Assembly: GCA_028285165.1 (NCBI GenBank)
Contig: JANQQB010000331.1
Coordinates: forward strand, 4,942 to 68,941
Length of the DNA: 64,000 nucleotides
Direction of reading: 5' to 3'
DNA from: Rhodobiaceae bacterium
GTDB lineage: Bacteria; Pseudomonadota; Alphaproteobacteria; Rhizobiales; JANQQB01
Shown: piece by piece, positions 62,492 to 64,000 of the stretch
How positions within the stretch are numbered: the stretch's first letter is position 1
How the letters are laid out: each line of letters opens with the position of its first letter
The notes under the pieces: generated by a model
The model's database searches: none
What the model saw: only the letters and a program-made list of their open reading frames with translations
Told to the model about the DNA's origin: nothing
Translations under genes and position numbers: made by a program

Positions 62492-63274
62492 ATGCCAAAC
62501 ATCCGGTACGACTTTTCCGGACGCAAAGTACTGGTCACCGGCGGCAGCCGCGGCATCGGCTATGGCGTGGCCGAGGGCTTTGCCCGGGCCGGCGCGGATT
62601 TGACGGTGCTTGCAAGCGGCAAGGGCGTTCACGACGCGGCCCGTTCTCTTCAGGAGAGCACGGGCCAAACGGTGACCGGCCGGCAATGCGACATCACCGA
62701 CAGTGCGGCGGTGCAAAACGTCCTGCAGGACATCGGCGCCCTCGACGTTCTGGTCAACAATGCCGGTCTGGAACGCATCACGCCGCTCTGCGATCCCGAT
62801 CCGGCAATCGAGGAGACATTCCGGCGCATCATCGACATCAACGTGACGGGCACATTTCTGGTCACCCGCCATGCCGTGCCACACATGCGCGACGGCGGCC
62901 GCATCCTGCTGACGGCGTCGATCTGGAGCCGGACGGCCGTGCCTGAATTCTCCGCCTACGTGGCGAGCAAACACGCCAATCTCGGCTTCATGCGCGCGAT
63001 CGCCCATGAATTGGGTCCGCGTGGCATTACGGTCAATGCCATCTGCCCCGGTTGGGTGCGCACCGATGCGGCCCTTCGCTCGCTTGCCGCCATGGCTGAC
63101 CGCTCGGGCCGGCCGGAGGCGGACCTATTGGAAGAGATCGCCGGTGCCCAGGTGCTCGATGGCCTCATGGAACCGGCAGACATGGCCGCGCTTTACCTGT
63201 TCCTGGCATCCGACGAAGCGCGCGACATCACCGGTCAGGCCTATATGCTGGATCGCGGTGAGGTTATGGCGTGA
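62492..63274 (+). CDS. SDR family oxidoreductase
   Basis: VLVTGGSRGIGYG and the YVASKHA (YxxxK) motif. Confidence 0.9.
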   Translation: MPNIRYDFSGRKVLVTGGSRGIGYGVAEGFARAGADLTVLASGKGVHDAARSLQESTGQTVTGRQCDITDSAAVQNVLQDIGALDVLVNNAGLERITPLCDPDPAIEETFRRIIDINVTGTFLVTRHAVPHMRDGGRILLTASIWSRTAVPEFSAYVASKHANLGFMRAIAHELGPRGITVNAICPGWVRTDAALRSLAAMADRSGRPEADLLEEIAGAQVLDGLMEPADMAALYLFLASDEARDITGQAYMLDRGEVMA

Positions 63275-64000
63275 GTACCGGCGCGGGCGGACAGGACCTG
63301 GGAACGGTGCTGGTAACCGGTGCGGCCCGGGGGATCGGCGCGGCCTGCGTGGCGGCCTTTGCCGAGGCCGGGGCAAACGTGATCTGTGCCGATATCCGAC
63401 CGCCGGATGCCATCGCCGCGACCCTTTCCGATAGTGCCGGCAGCATCCGGACCTTGGCATGCGACGTCGCCGACGAGGCGTCGGTCCTCGCGTTGTTTTC
63501 TTCCATCGATCGGTTGGACTGCTTGGTGCATTGCGCCGGCATCATCCAGGAAATGCCGTTGCTGGAGACCAGCGCGGATGATTTCGACCGGGTGATCGCC
63601 GTCAATTTGCGCGGCACGTTCCTGGTTGGCCGCGAAGCAATCCGCAAAATGGCCGGGCAGGGCGGGCGCGTCATCCTGATCGCCTCCGATCTTGCCTATA
63701 GCGGGCGGGAAACCTTTTCCGCCTATGTCGCCTCCAAGCATGGCGTTCTCGGGCTTGCCCGGTCATGGGCGCGGGAATGCGCGCCCGAGATCCTGGTCAA
63801 TGCTTTGTGTCCGGGGCCGATCGATACGGCTATGCTGGCGGCTGAGTCCATGTCGCCCGAATGGCGTGCCCGGGAACTGGACATCCCGCTCGGGCGCTTC
63901 GGCCAGCCTAACGAGATCGCCCAGATGGCGCTGTTTCTGGCCGGTCCCGGCGCCCGCTACATCACCGGGCAGGGGATCGGTGTCAACGGAGGGAGTGTGA
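63271..64000 (+). CDS. SDR family oxidoreductase, partial (runs off the window end)
   Basis: The GTG at 63271 overlaps the upstream stop (GTGA). My translation gives VSTGAGGQDLGTVLVTGAARGIGAA...YVASKHGVLGL...ITGQGIGVNGGSV. It is not in the ORF track because no stop is reached. Confidence 0.85.
   Translation, partial: MSTGAGGQDLGTVLVTGAARGIGAACVAAFAEAGANVICADIRPPDAIAATLSDSAGSIRTLACDVADEASVLALFSSIDRLDCLVHCAGIIQEMPLLETSADDFDRVIAVNLRGTFLVGREAIRKMAGQGGRVILIASDLAYSGRETFSAYVASKHGVLGLARSWARECAPEILVNALCPGPIDTAMLAAESMSPEWRARELDIPLGRFGQPNEIAQMALFLAGPGARYITGQGIGVNGGSV

Noticed and set aside
1-64000. CRISPR arrays, tRNA/rRNA genes, integrases or transposases, toxin-antitoxin pairs, recognisable defence systems
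   Set aside because: Scanning by eye found no regularly spaced direct repeats, no cloverleaf-like or rRNA-like segments, and no ORF with recombinase, transposase or known defence motifs. The only mobile-element signal is the MITE-like element at 62220-62490.

Overview
High-GC (roughly 60%+) bacterial chromosome segment. The gene content (many TRAP and ABC transporters, a Usg-family protein, RirA/Irr-type motifs) suggests an alphaproteobacterium, possibly a marine Rhizobiales or Rhodobacterales lineage; that is inference only. I found no rRNA, tRNA or CRISPR array.

The window is dominated by solute uptake and small-molecule catabolism:
- proXVW-type betaine ABC system
- a DctPQM-type TRAP system, plus a second, orphan DctP paralog
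- a TAXI-TRAP system with two FadR-type GntR regulators, an RraA-family gene and an Ldh_2-family gene
- cioAB-type cytochrome bd oxidase with a GbsR/MarR-like regulator
- a CpxP/CpxR/CpxA-like envelope-stress module
- potABCD-type ABC system with an amidase and a serine hydrolase
- NitT/TauT-type ABC system with TetR, an agmatinase-family gene and SDR genes

Most noteworthy observations:
1. A duplicated ~170-bp AT-rich promoter/operator plus leader module (40222-40391 and 42043-42206). It precedes two minus-strand operons. One is an imelysin / Bfd-like / di-heme DUF1111 / imelysin / DUF1513 iron-associated cluster headed by an unknown Cys-containing protein. The other is an uncharacterised DUF2325 coiled-coil protein translationally coupled to a 67-aa Cys-rich protein.
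2. A roughly 6.9-kb iron-acquisition islet (AraC, TonB-dependent receptor, MFS permease fused to a siderophore-interacting reductase). It is bracketed by 135-bp direct repeats of an ABC ATPase 3' end and lies next to a 26% GC island and a haem-peroxidase gene.
3. A 267-bp MITE-like element inserted exactly at the stop codon of the agmatinase-family gene.
4. An orphan phage tail-tube-like gene.
5. A TRAP DctM permease with a ~330-aa coiled-coil tail.

All functional calls rest on motif and family recognition by eye. No database search was run.
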